Source: Massalongia carnosa (Eukaryota). Taken from it: 64,000 nucleotides of DNA. Made by a program: the position numbers and the translations under genes. The stretch is from positions 930,001-994,000 of the forward strand of contig OZ287086.1 in NCBI GenBank assembly GCA_965645245.1, written 5' to 3'. The notes under the pieces are model-generated. The model was given only the letters and a program-made list of their open reading frames with translations, ran no database searches and had not been told where the DNA came from. This document shows positions 35,201 through 44,611 of the stretch, in pieces (position 1 is the first letter of the stretch; every line of letters begins with the position of its first letter).

Positions 35201-36018
35201 GCACCTGCAGAACTGGTGGAGTGCCGGATCCAACCCTTCGCCAGGGCGTCGTCAAGATATTCCCGAAGAGTCTTAAGCTTCGTATTCGATAAGTTGTATA
35301 AAGGACCATAAGGTGGATCACCGCCTTCTAAATCGATAGCGTGGTCACAGTCCTTGTGCGTAGTTAATTGATTGGCTCTGTCCTTAGAAAAAACATCCTG
35401 GAATTCAGCAAATTCCACAGGTATCCCCTGCGTTTCGTTGGTGTTCCGGCTGTTGTTCTCATCAACAGCGCCAACATTAACAGGTTGTCTTTCGGAAGAA
35501 GGTGCATTGGGTTGAGCCACTATAGCATAGAGTGGTGCCCCGGAATCCAGGGTCTTCGCAAACTGTTTAGGCTTGCACAACTCGAACATATCAGACTGAA
35601 AGCCATAACGCCAGCGCTTCGCTCCATAATCGATTACGATACCCAGCTGTTTGAGACCAGGGAGACCCAACACCAAGTCAGGGCCCTGTTTGTCAATTGC
35701 GTAAAACACGCTGGTAAAGGTGCGCTGTCGCTGCCAAGTATCCTCGAGAGCCATTACTACCTCATAAGCTCCATAGCAGTAAACCTCTTTACCATCCATG
35801 AATTGAGGAGCAGGTAGTTCGCTTTCAATAGGTCTAAGATCTGAAGCGACGGCGAATCCCTGATTAATCACATTAATCTCGGCTGCTCCATCAAGCAACA
35901 CTGTCGCCGGGTATTTTTGGACTCCCCTCGTTATAGTCCCCTCAGGAATTAGGCTTGGCTCGCTTTCTACTGATCGTTTCCCTCCATCGGCTGGCGAGCT
36001 TTCCGTGGAGGTTTGGCT
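32218..36018 (-). CDS. pol: Chromovirus Pol (PR-RT-RH-IN-chromodomain) in the -1 frame relative to gag
   Basis: LLDGAA, LCVDYRGLN, YLDD, ETDASD, HHD..AGH..C..C, SDRG, QTERQNQ, GPF, and chromodomain WEVEEI...YKVKWVGY...WVPE. Confidence 0.96.
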   Translation of the reverse strand, partial: SQTSTESSPADGGKRSVESEPSLIPEGTITRGVQKYPATVLLDGAAEINVINQGFAVASDLRPIESELPAPQFMDGKEVYCYGAYEVVMALEDTWQRQRTFTSVFYAIDKQGPDLVLGLPGLKQLGIVIDYGAKRWRYGFQSDMFELCKPKQFAKTLDSGAPLYAIVAQPNAPSSERQPVNVGAVDENNSRNTNETQGIPVEFAEFQDVFSKDRANQLTTHKDCDHAIDLEGGDPPYGPLYNLSNTKLKTLREYLDDALAKGWIRHSTSSAGAPILFVPKKDGTLRLCVDYRGLNKVTKKNRHPLPLITQILDQLNGCSYFTKMDLRDAYHRLRIRKGDEWKTAFRSRYGHYEYMVMPFGLANAPATFQAYINKALSGIVDVFCVVYLDDILVFSKDRTSHVEHVKEVLRRLRKHDLYANLKKCEFFAPAVEYLGFIISSDGISMDPRRVETVRDWPALQSFRDIQVFLGFANFYRRFIRHYSQITRPLTDMLKGMQAGIKRGTFYLTAEGAEAFSKLKEAFQGAPILVHFDPELLIRLETDASDFGISGIISQLQKDGQWHPVAFYSRKMIPAERNYETHDQELLAIVMCFKHWRHYLEGSLHPVEVLPDHNNLRGFMNIKVLSGRQARWAMKLAAYDFVIMHRSGKTNPADAPSRRPDYQSINTEVTRLLPTLQKKLSKIDSLCVGYTPGIRTVLAALRYDLRSKIASSGIEPLENLEGETSKSITSLDEESDTFEVGLTQCIPRAVAVALSDEEKPLESASKSVLELIKALQGKDAFVSSRRETVAKSLKRKGGRSPEAIWTIDSNDLLNHRGRIYVPDEESIRAELLRRHHDDELAGHFGAEKTAELLTRKYYWKGLNKTVKKYTESCDICQRTKAPRHRPYGVMQSLPRPSGPWKEITMDFITGFPPSKRFGRVYDSCLVIVDRYTKMALYIPVTKKINALDLAEILFESVVLQFGAPEGIVSDRGSVFTSEYWSEICFHLKTKRRLSTAFHPQTDGQTERQNQTLEHYLRVYCTDNQSNWVALLPLAQFVYQVSYQSTLGCSPFYCMYGYNPEIRYEVGDDIAVERVPAAKERVKQLHEFRYSLEARWKSVSEAQAKYYNRKHLEKDFNEGDLVMLSAKNLKQKRPSKKLSHKFLGPFRILEAVGKQAYRLALPTTYRIHPVFHVSYLEPYKRRDGQEHIPFLPPPEIINDEQEWEVEEIIGRRSEKGEIFYKVKWVGYPEEYDEWVPEKDLDGALELKQDFDAKPKAKRRRIKKLQVTR

Positions 36019-37208
36019 TTTCCCGACTTTGCGACGGCGTTCACACCGTGCTTCGGCTCCTTGTCGTCTTTAGGAGGGTTGGGACACTTGTTGGCGTAGT
36101 GACCCTGTTCTCCGCAGCGATAACATGTCACCTCGTCGGTACTTTCCTTTGTCTCAGCATGCTTTCTTTTCTGACCCCTTTTACCGTCTTTCGTAGGTTT
36201 TGGTTTGTCAGTGTCCTTTATCTCCTCGTTCCTCTTATCTCTATGTGATTTAGTGCGAGGGGGGTGAGAACCATTTGGACGCTCATGCTTCGACGTCGTT
36301 AAGACATCGTTTTCTCTTTTCTGATTCTTTTCCAGCCTACTGGCCAGAGTCACCAGAGCTTCTCTAGTCCTTGGAATATTCTGATAGTTGCCTATAGCTG
36401 CTCTAATAGACGGCCGCAACTTAGTAAACAGATGAGTCGCTCTTTGTTCTTCGGTATAGGAGGGCAACTGGTCCTCGAGGCTACTCAAGTGCGCCTCGAA
36501 AGCTCTTACCGTTTGCTTCTCTCCTTGCTTGGCTTCGGCAAATAATTGGGCCATATGCAGACCTCGATTAACTGGGTCCTCGACAATATTTAACAAGAAT
36601 TTCAAGTACTCTTCGAAGGTATAATTTTGCATTTCACCGTCTGCCTCATATCGATGCCAAGCTTCCTTAGGCTCCCCTTCCAGCGATTGCATTGCGAAAG
36701 CGATCTTGGATTCATCATCTGGGAAGTCCTCTTTTGCCACGCGAAACGCCACTCTGCAGTTCCGCTCATAATCCAGATGTTCCTTGACCGTTTTTCCATG
36801 ATAGGGACTGACTTTCTCGGGTCTAGCAGCGCGTCTCCTGTAAACAACAACAGGTACTGACTGGCTACTCGTCATCTCTACATTGTCGTCAGAACGAGGG
36901 TTAATGGCTCCTCTCATTACCGGTTCCTTGGATGATCCGGTAGGGTTTGGAGGTTTCGAAGGCTTTTGAGTTTGTTCTTGCAGTTGCTCAATACTGGCTT
37001 TCAAATTCCTCAGACGTACTTCCTTCTTAAGTTCGCTACGCCTGCGCTCAGCTTGCGCTATCTGTTCGTCCAACGTCAGGGGTTGAATGGGTTCGACTAC
37101 TTTTTCCATTGGGGTCAGGGCTCCTCTTCCAGGGCCCTCAGAATCCGAAAGTTCTTCGATCCGCTCCTCCGGCATCATGGTATCAGAGGCAACTTCTTGC
37201 GCGGACAT
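35967..37208 (-). CDS. gag: Chromovirus Gag
   Basis: 413-aa ORF with retrotransposon capsid-like region and CYRCGEQGHYANKC zinc knuckle. Confidence 0.93.
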   Translation of the reverse strand: MSAQEVASDTMMPEERIEELSDSEGPGRGALTPMEKVVEPIQPLTLDEQIAQAERRRSELKKEVRLRNLKASIEQLQEQTQKPSKPPNPTGSSKEPVMRGAINPRSDDNVEMTSSQSVPVVVYRRRAARPEKVSPYHGKTVKEHLDYERNCRVAFRVAKEDFPDDESKIAFAMQSLEGEPKEAWHRYEADGEMQNYTFEEYLKFLLNIVEDPVNRGLHMAQLFAEAKQGEKQTVRAFEAHLSSLEDQLPSYTEEQRATHLFTKLRPSIRAAIGNYQNIPRTREALVTLASRLEKNQKRENDVLTTSKHERPNGSHPPRTKSHRDKRNEEIKDTDKPKPTKDGKRGQKRKHAETKESTDEVTCYRCGEQGHYANKCPNPPKDDKEPKHGVNAVAKSGKAKPPRKARQPMEGNDQ

Positions 37209-38408
37209 GGCGGGACGATAGTGTATAGAAGGTGTATAAATGTGTCAACGGATCGTCACTCCTTGAAGGATAGAACGATTAGAATTGTAAGAGTCAGACC
37301 TGGCGATTATCAGACACCAGGCCTAGGGATATGTGACAATGTGAAGACACTAATGATTTGCTATACTAATATACTAAAAGAAGTATGTAGGTAAAGCGGA
37401 AGACTAATCGTTGAAGATTGCATCTCCCTCGAGCAGCCTCCTTATATACCCGGACCGAAGCCCTTGACCCTCTGGGCCCTTGATACTGTAACTATCTTGA
37501 CCGCCCATTACTCCTACCGGATAAGCCGGCTAAACACTCTGCTGACTGCATCGTGGACACTGTGCTGACTGTATCGTAAACACTGTGCTGACTGTATCGT
37601 GGACATTGTGCTGACTGTATCGTACCATCCGCTCACTAGTCGTACGAGCATCCTCGTATATCTCGATCGCTCGTACTATACTCTCGGCAGTAGATACCAA
37701 CCGCGTAACGCAGACCAACTGCTTTCCATATGACTAAGCCTAGCCGTAGAACTAAGCCCCGCTTAGTTAGCTTAGCCCTTATTCCTTCTATGCCCTGACA
37801 TATATCTAAATAGATTTTCTTACAATCAAGTTACCCTCCCGTACTAGTACCGTGGAGTCATCTGGTAATCACTACATTACTTCATTGTTCAGATCAATCT
37901 CACAAATTGTAATACCAAAATAGGACGAGTGGTTCAGTGAGAATCCTATCTTATAAGATTATCATCAAGCCTCGATAACATTCACAAATATTATTACAAG
38001 TACTTATCCTGTAACAATATCGTACTACACTGCTCTCGGTCTCGGATCACTTTTACAGATTTATATTATCTACAAAGGAAAGATGTCTCGATGAGCACAC
38101 GAATATGTGTCAGGATAGCTTCTCCCGCGACAACGATTGTTTTAATGCGTCGATAGGGGATGCTTCTTGTCACGCACGCACGCTCGTCGTGAGTGACATA
38201 TACGGCGGATAGTAAATACTAAACCGCTAGAACGAAAATTTAAACCATCAATCGCGATCTCGCATCTTACAAGTTAAAAAAGCATTCAAGATTTATTGAT
38301 TTAAAAGCACGAATCGTACATTGCAGATATGATACGACAAAAAAATACTATCTTAACAATAAAATATCCTTTATCTTCAAATCACCCTATATGCATCAAT
38401 AAAAGAAC

Positions 38409-38784
38409 TGTCAGGACCTGCAATAGAGACTACGGAGAAGGATACGGAAAAGGGGCATCAACGTGGACTCGGCCGCCGAACCCGGCCCGACCCTAATGGG
38501 CTGATTCCGCTGTCGGCCACATGCCGTCTCAGGGGGACGGCTGGCGAGGGGGACGGCTGGAAACCAATGTCGGATGGCACTAACCGCCCAAAGGGGCGGG
38601 AGCCATTTGGACCAATCAGATAGCTGGGGGCTATCCGATATAGGAGTCTTAGGGGGAGACACCTCTGTAGGATAAAGAGGTCGATGCCTACCTTATTCTA
38701 AGGGCAAAGATCAATAACATACATTATTGAGACACCCCCTTCACGTGACCAACACGCCCTCTGAGTAGAAGCATACGTCTTACA
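38409..38784. repeat. Solo LTR
   Basis: TG...CA ends and TSD agaac. Absent from the paralogous segment near 48710. Confidence 0.88.
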
Positions 38785-38826
38785 AGAACTCTGAAACGAC
38801 TTTTGAAAATTTGAAATCTTTACACA

Positions 38827-39098
38827 TGTTGAATATCCAATTCCTACCAGCACAATGAACACCTATCAGTTCAATAAACATGGCACCTACGGCTGCCCTA
38901 GATTGACAGATGATCTACGGAAACCGTAGATGCCGCATTAGGCTTAGTCCCAAGATTAGATAAGATCACCTCGCTAAGAAGGGTGACCAGTAATAGGAAA
39001 AGATTGCTGCATAGCAACTCTTCATCCTTAAAATCAAGGTCATACATACCTTTATTACTACATAGGTATATAGCCATAGTCATATACCTATTTCAATA
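38827..39098. repeat. Solo LTR (tgttg-type); second copy at 43065-43344 in reverse
   Basis: TSD acaca. Reverse-complement homolog tgttgaaatagg...ggatattcaaca at 43065-43344. Confidence 0.82.
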
Positions 39099-39564
39099 AC
39101 ACACATGTTATAAATTCAGATATTTGTGGTCTTAGATTACGAATTATTGCTTTTACGTTGGAATTTTGTATTTATGATGCAGATACACTGCATGCTCTTA
39201 TGCAAGAAGATTTTATTATTGCATCACGAGCTTTACAACGAGTTAGAAAATCTATGAATATATTGTGGCGGGGCCACACGTGTCATAGGTGGTCAGGTGA
39301 CAGAGCAGGCCGGTCTGGTCAAGAGTAAGGGTATTTTGCTGGTTTCTTCTTCATCGTCAGTATATTTCTTATCCACCTCCCTTATCGCTACCGCTACCGT
39401 TATCTCTCTACCGACTGCAAGCGTTTCAGACGTAAATTCCTGGAACTGGCTAGTCGTTCTATTTACTGCACTGATGACTATAGCCTCGTGCTGTACCTTC
39501 TGCTTTTGCGACCGTGTCCGAAGGTCGACAGGGCTACAGCGACTTCAACTACTCTATTACCATC

Positions 39565-40892
39565 TACGCGGGTGACGAAATAAATTGCAACGTGTAAGCG
39601 AATTTATCCCCCCTTTTTTATTCAAATTTTCATCTCATCATCAACCATCATCTGCATAGCTGATAAAATTCATCTAAATTACATGAGATCAATAACCAGT
39701 CATCGCCCCCTTTGCATCTTTTACCTCTTTCAATCTTTTGGGCATGGAAAACACCCTTTCATGGATAAATTCCTGACTGACTCCAGCCCATCCCTCTCTA
39801 ATCAGCTGCTCCAAACTAGCATCGCCCCAATGAGGAAATTTACTAACATGCTGCTTTGCGGGCTGCCAGCAATTTTCAATGGAGGCTAGATCAGGAGATG
39901 AAGCACAATTGAAATAGTGCTCTAAATCGTGATCTAACTTCCACTTTTTGACCGCGTTTCGTGTCTTGCCCGTGCCATGACCAGAGTCTCGATCTTCTTC
40001 AAGTACGAAGTCATCTTCACGCTCCAACCAGGGCTTGACAACGGGATCAAGAATAGCGTCAATATACACCTGATGAGTCATTTTTCTATTGCTATTGCTG
40101 GATACATCGTAAAAGTAGATATCCGACTTGAAAATGTAACCAACTGCTGCCCAGCTGTGCTTTCTTTTACGATCTTTCTCAGGTGGTGCATCACGATGCT
40201 GAATACAATCCCAACGATATCTTGTTCCGGGCTTACGAATGATTCGTAACTGTCCTTCAGGCCCGTAGCCAAAATGAATCTCATCGCTGAATCGTACGCG
40301 ATGCCAGTCTTCGGACCGAGGATATTTATTTAACATAACGGTAGCAAATTCTTCTCTGCTTTCTTCTGATGCCATTGCCAGCCACTCTTTGACACAGGCT
40401 AGACATTTGTGATGATTCAAGGCAGCTGTAAGAGTTCTGTTCATTGTACGTCCTATCACGTCGGCCCCAATATCCTGTGCTAAAGCATCCCATGTGTAGC
40501 GTTTTCCTTCCAATTGTAGATCTTGATCCTGCAGAATGTGATTTGCCTCCTTCAGCTGATCATCACTAATCTTTCGCTTTCGACCCCGAGTCTCAACGAG
40601 AGAAGAATTGTGACGTGTGCGAGAAGAAGCTCCGCTTTTGATGATTTTATAGCCCGCGCGCTCGGCCACGCCAAATTCCTGAAAAATGGCCCGTGGATCG
40701 AATTGAATTGCATGTGAGATGAGAAATTGATAAGCTCCTTGAACTTTGTCTTTTGTGGGAGTATCATAATGAGGCTTTTTGGGTCGAGAAATTGATGATG
40801 AGATAAAAAGTTGAAAAAAAAGAAGTGTGTTTTTATGGGGCATTCAGGGGTAAATTCGATTACACGTTGCAATTTATCTTGTCGCCCGCGTG
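39565..40892 (-). mobile_element. Tc1-like DNA transposon with 5-bp TSD (ccatc)
   Basis: About 40-bp TIRs (t/c)acgcggg.... Uninterrupted transposase ORF 40843-39689 with FSDE, LEEDRDSGH and SPDLASIE (38-residue D-E spacing). Confidence 0.92.
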
Positions 40893-41624
40893 CCATCGAA
40901 GCGAGCACGTCAGCAACAGTGACGTAATAATCGAGCGAAGTGAGATAGGCCTACTAAAAGAGCCTTCGTTTCAGCCTCCGAGTCCACCTTCACGTCGTAG
41001 GGGGGGTGGAGCAGTGATGCTCAAAATTCAAATTACTAGCGATTCGGGAGTTTGTTCATTTCGGCTGATTCTCGGCAAAGGTCTACAGAGAAGTCAGGTA
41101 ACAGTCTTTCTTTTAGTTATAGATATATTCTTTTTCATGAGACATAGAGCAAGCATGCCCGTAACATGTAGCTTCAACATATAGCTACAAAATGTACTGT
41201 TCACAGGCACGAGGCACGAGGCATACAGTAATCAGTCTAGCTATTAATATTATTTTACTGTCTTTTTCTTCACTTGTTTGTTCATTCTCTTACACTCCTA
41301 GCAGTAGTGAACCACGCACATCACTCAGCTCATTTTTCCACATTTGGTGATCACGATGCTTTCTCTATTTGACCGAGAGGAGAAATCAAACGACGAGTCT
41401 AAACAGACATGGGAGACAGACAGCGACAGGAAACAGCGACAGAAAACTGCGACAACGTATAGAAATTTAGAAATGGTGGGAAAACGACATACAGTGATCT
41501 ACGTCGCGCAACGGGTTGGGTTTTCGCCACAGAATTGCCTTTTCGCAGCCGGGGTTTTCTTTCAAAACTCGATCCGGATATCAATTATAATAGGGTTCGC
41601 CACAAACGGTTTGAGTTTTCAGTA

Positions 41625-42880
41625 CGGAGGATGACACAAGAAGTTCTGGCTAGCGTATTTTAGCTTGCATTAGCTTCTGCCACTAAACAAAGGGGTGGTA
41701 AAAATTTTAAGAAAAGGAGGTTCTCCGGGCATCAAGAGATAAAATGCTTCAATATTTGTAATTTATAGTAGATTTTAGTTGATATTTTGTAGCTATTATT
41801 ATCATGACTCGTCCTTAAGATAACGCACTCACTCTCGCTTAAAGATTTCAGGCCTTGACTCTCGTAGAGCATGGGGTATCAGCCAAAATAGTAGATGAAA
41901 TCATTGAAGTCTCGAAGAGATCTATCAGTCATATCAGGAAGAAAGCAAGAAGCAGAGGATATGATCCCGAGATCTCACGAGTGATAAAGATAGAATATGT
42001 AGAAGATGCACCTCGTTCAGGCTAACCTTCTAAAGTAACACCTGCATTAGAGGGGGCTATATTGACTGATTTACGCAAAGATCGAAACGGAAGGGAGAAG
42101 TCTTCAGCTATGCTGGCTTTTGATCATGAGCTGAGTTCTTCTACTATTTTGAAGGTTCTAAAAAAGAATGGATTTCGAGCCTGTAAATCAACGAAGAAGC
42201 CTTGCCTTACTTCGATCATGAAGGAAGCACGTCTGAACTTTTGCATTGATCATCAGAATTGGACTCTTGAAGACTGAAATAACGTCATCTGGAGTGACGA
42301 GTCGAGCGTGATGCTGAATGCATTAAGAGGAAGAAGGCTGCAATGGAGAACCTCGAAATAAATTAATGATAAAACATGCATTCGTCGTCGATGGAAAGGA
42401 TACTCAGAGTTCATGTTTTGGGGGTGTTTCTCGTACGATAAAAAAGGTCCTTTTCATGTCTGGAAGACTGAGTCTGCAAAAGAAAAGAAGACAGCTGAGG
42501 AAGAGCTGAAGCTTCTCAATAAGAGGTTGGAATCAAAGGCGAAGCTTAATTAGGAGTAAGAAAAACGAATGAGACGAATGAGATTAAGAAATTCAGGAGG
42601 ACGACAGCCTCGATAGATATGGGATCAAAAACATGGAAAGATCGTGCGATATAATAAAAAGGGAGGAATTGACTAGTAGCACTATCAAAAGAATAATTTG
42701 ATAGACAAACTTCTTCCCTTCGCTACCGAATGCATGAAAGATCGTCCAAACACGGTAGTTCAAGAAGATAAGGCCCCCTGTCATACCTCCAAATATCAGG
42801 ATATAGTGTTTATGAACTTTCGAGTGCTTCGTTTTTTGTGGCCTGGCAACTAACCTGACCTCAACATTATTGAACCATAC
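41625..42880 (+). mobile_element. 3'-truncated Tc1-like element, transposase pseudogene from 41804, inserted in a hAT MITE that starts near 41499
   Basis: DAPRSG.P, KKP.LT...KEARL.FC..H..WT, WSDES, MFWGCF, QEDKAPCH, PDLNIIEP, with many stops. Confidence 0.88.
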
Positions 42881-43942
42881 TCGTGCGGTAGAAGGTGATT
42901 GCGGATGAAATGATGTAGCCTGATTTGTACAAAGACTTTGTTGTTATTAGTTCTTCAGTTTGACGATTTTATCTGTTACAATATGAGTGACAAAATATCC
43001 AGTCGAGGTAGTTCTATACACGCTCTTCGGGCAATTTCCATGTTTGCTACTTTAAATAACATTTTGTTGAAATAGGTATATGACTATAACAATATGGCTA
43101 TATGGCTATGTAATAATAAAAGTATGTATGACCGTGATGTTAAGGATGAAGAGTTGCTATGCAGTAATATTTTCCTATTACTGGTCACCCTTCTAAGCGA
43201 GGTAATCTTATCTTATCTTAGGACTAAGGCTAATGCGACATCTACGATTTCCGTAGATCATCTGTCAATCTAGGGCAGCCGTAGGTGCTATGTTTATTGA
43301 ACTGATAGGTGTTCATTGTGCTGGTATGAATTGGATATTCAACATATTGTAATTAAATCTTGTTGAATCAGCACTAAAGATAAATGCAACTGCTGACATG
43401 TTGTCTCGAGAGAATTTACACAAGATTGCTGACTGATATTCTCATGTTCAGATATAAGCAATACCATAATTCGAGATCCTCCTCCAACCTTCATACCAGA
43501 CCTCATTTCACAAAGAGTCAGTCAATCTGATTCGATTGGATTTATCAATTAAGACTTGAAATTTTAATTCCTCAGCTAGAAGAAGCTACGAGATACATAG
43601 TCAAGTTAACAAGACTTTTTCCAATTTTCCTGTTATCTTGCAAAGAATAGCTTTATTGATCACCAAGCTAGTCAAATAGAGAATTGCTTCTAAAACCCTT
43701 AAGGATTACCTTCCCGGGCTTAGATCTATATTAATTGATTTGTTGTAGAAGATCTGGAATTCTTTTATCATTCTTTACTCCAGAGACTGATCACAGGCAT
43801 CAGAAGAAGACGAGGGGAAGAAGACATTCGCGAGCGTCTTACTATCATAAAGAATTTTCTTTTACAACCAGTGTCACAGCTTTTAACAGTTGAATCACAA
43901 GCAGTGATACGCGCCGCTTACTGTTTGACTTATGCAACTTTT

Positions 43943-44237
43943 TGTTGGATTACTCGCTTAGCCCCATTAGTTCTAGCTTAGCCCTGCAGGCTGTCATGAC
44001 TGCTATAAGCAGTCACCTTTGTGATGAAGCGAGATAGTGAATAGATTTCTACTATTACGCCACCTGTCCTCCCGCCCAAAAGGCACAATACCTAGTCCGC
44101 AGACCAAGCTCTATTCTACTATAACTGGGACTCCTGCTATGTTCGCTGTAGGTCCTGCCGTCCGCACCACGCTTGGTCGAACCGTTACAACCTCCGTAGT
44201 AATTTCAACATTATGCCGTCAACTGTATATTTAATAC
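43943..44237. repeat. Family B solo LTR with a nested family C solo LTR (44020-44189)
   Basis: Outer sequence matches 24381-24500. Inner tgtgatgaag...cgttaca has TSD acctt/acctc and matches 57587-57756. Confidence 0.85.
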
Positions 44238-44611
44238 TTTTCTCCAAGCAGGAAAGTTCTCCTGCTTAAATAAAGATCTTCATAATCCTGAATTGGCGTC
44301 ATGACAATAAACAAGACAATCAGCAAGTATTCAGTTTAATAAGCTCTTGCTTCGAAACTGATCGAGTCAAAAAAGGCGAAACGCTTACGGTGGCAATATC
44401 ATCAAACGATGAAACTTGCGCAATTTCCTCTCTCCAAAACTTGTTCATCCGATTTCCACGTCCTGCATCTAGCCTCTTATTTTCTTCAAAAGGCGGCTCT
44501 CTTATAAAATTATTTCTCATCATCCGGCTCTAATCAGATATTAATTAACTAGGCATAAAATGAAAAATTTCCAGACGTTCAGAGGAAGAAGAGTAGCAAT
44601 CACGGCTGAAT

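Larger units (their letters stand above)
31226..37800 (-). mobile_element. Full-length, young Ty3/Gypsy chromovirus
   Basis: Two 515-bp LTRs (31226-31740 and 37286-37800), identical by eye. TSD tatat. PPT aggagaggaggc next to the 3' LTR. Open gag and pol. Confidence 0.98.

Noticed and set aside
38168..38232. Two hairpins followed by CTAG, as a possible Helitron 3' end
   Set aside because: Spacing and the following base do not fit the hairpin-CTRR-T pattern, and no matching 5' end was found.
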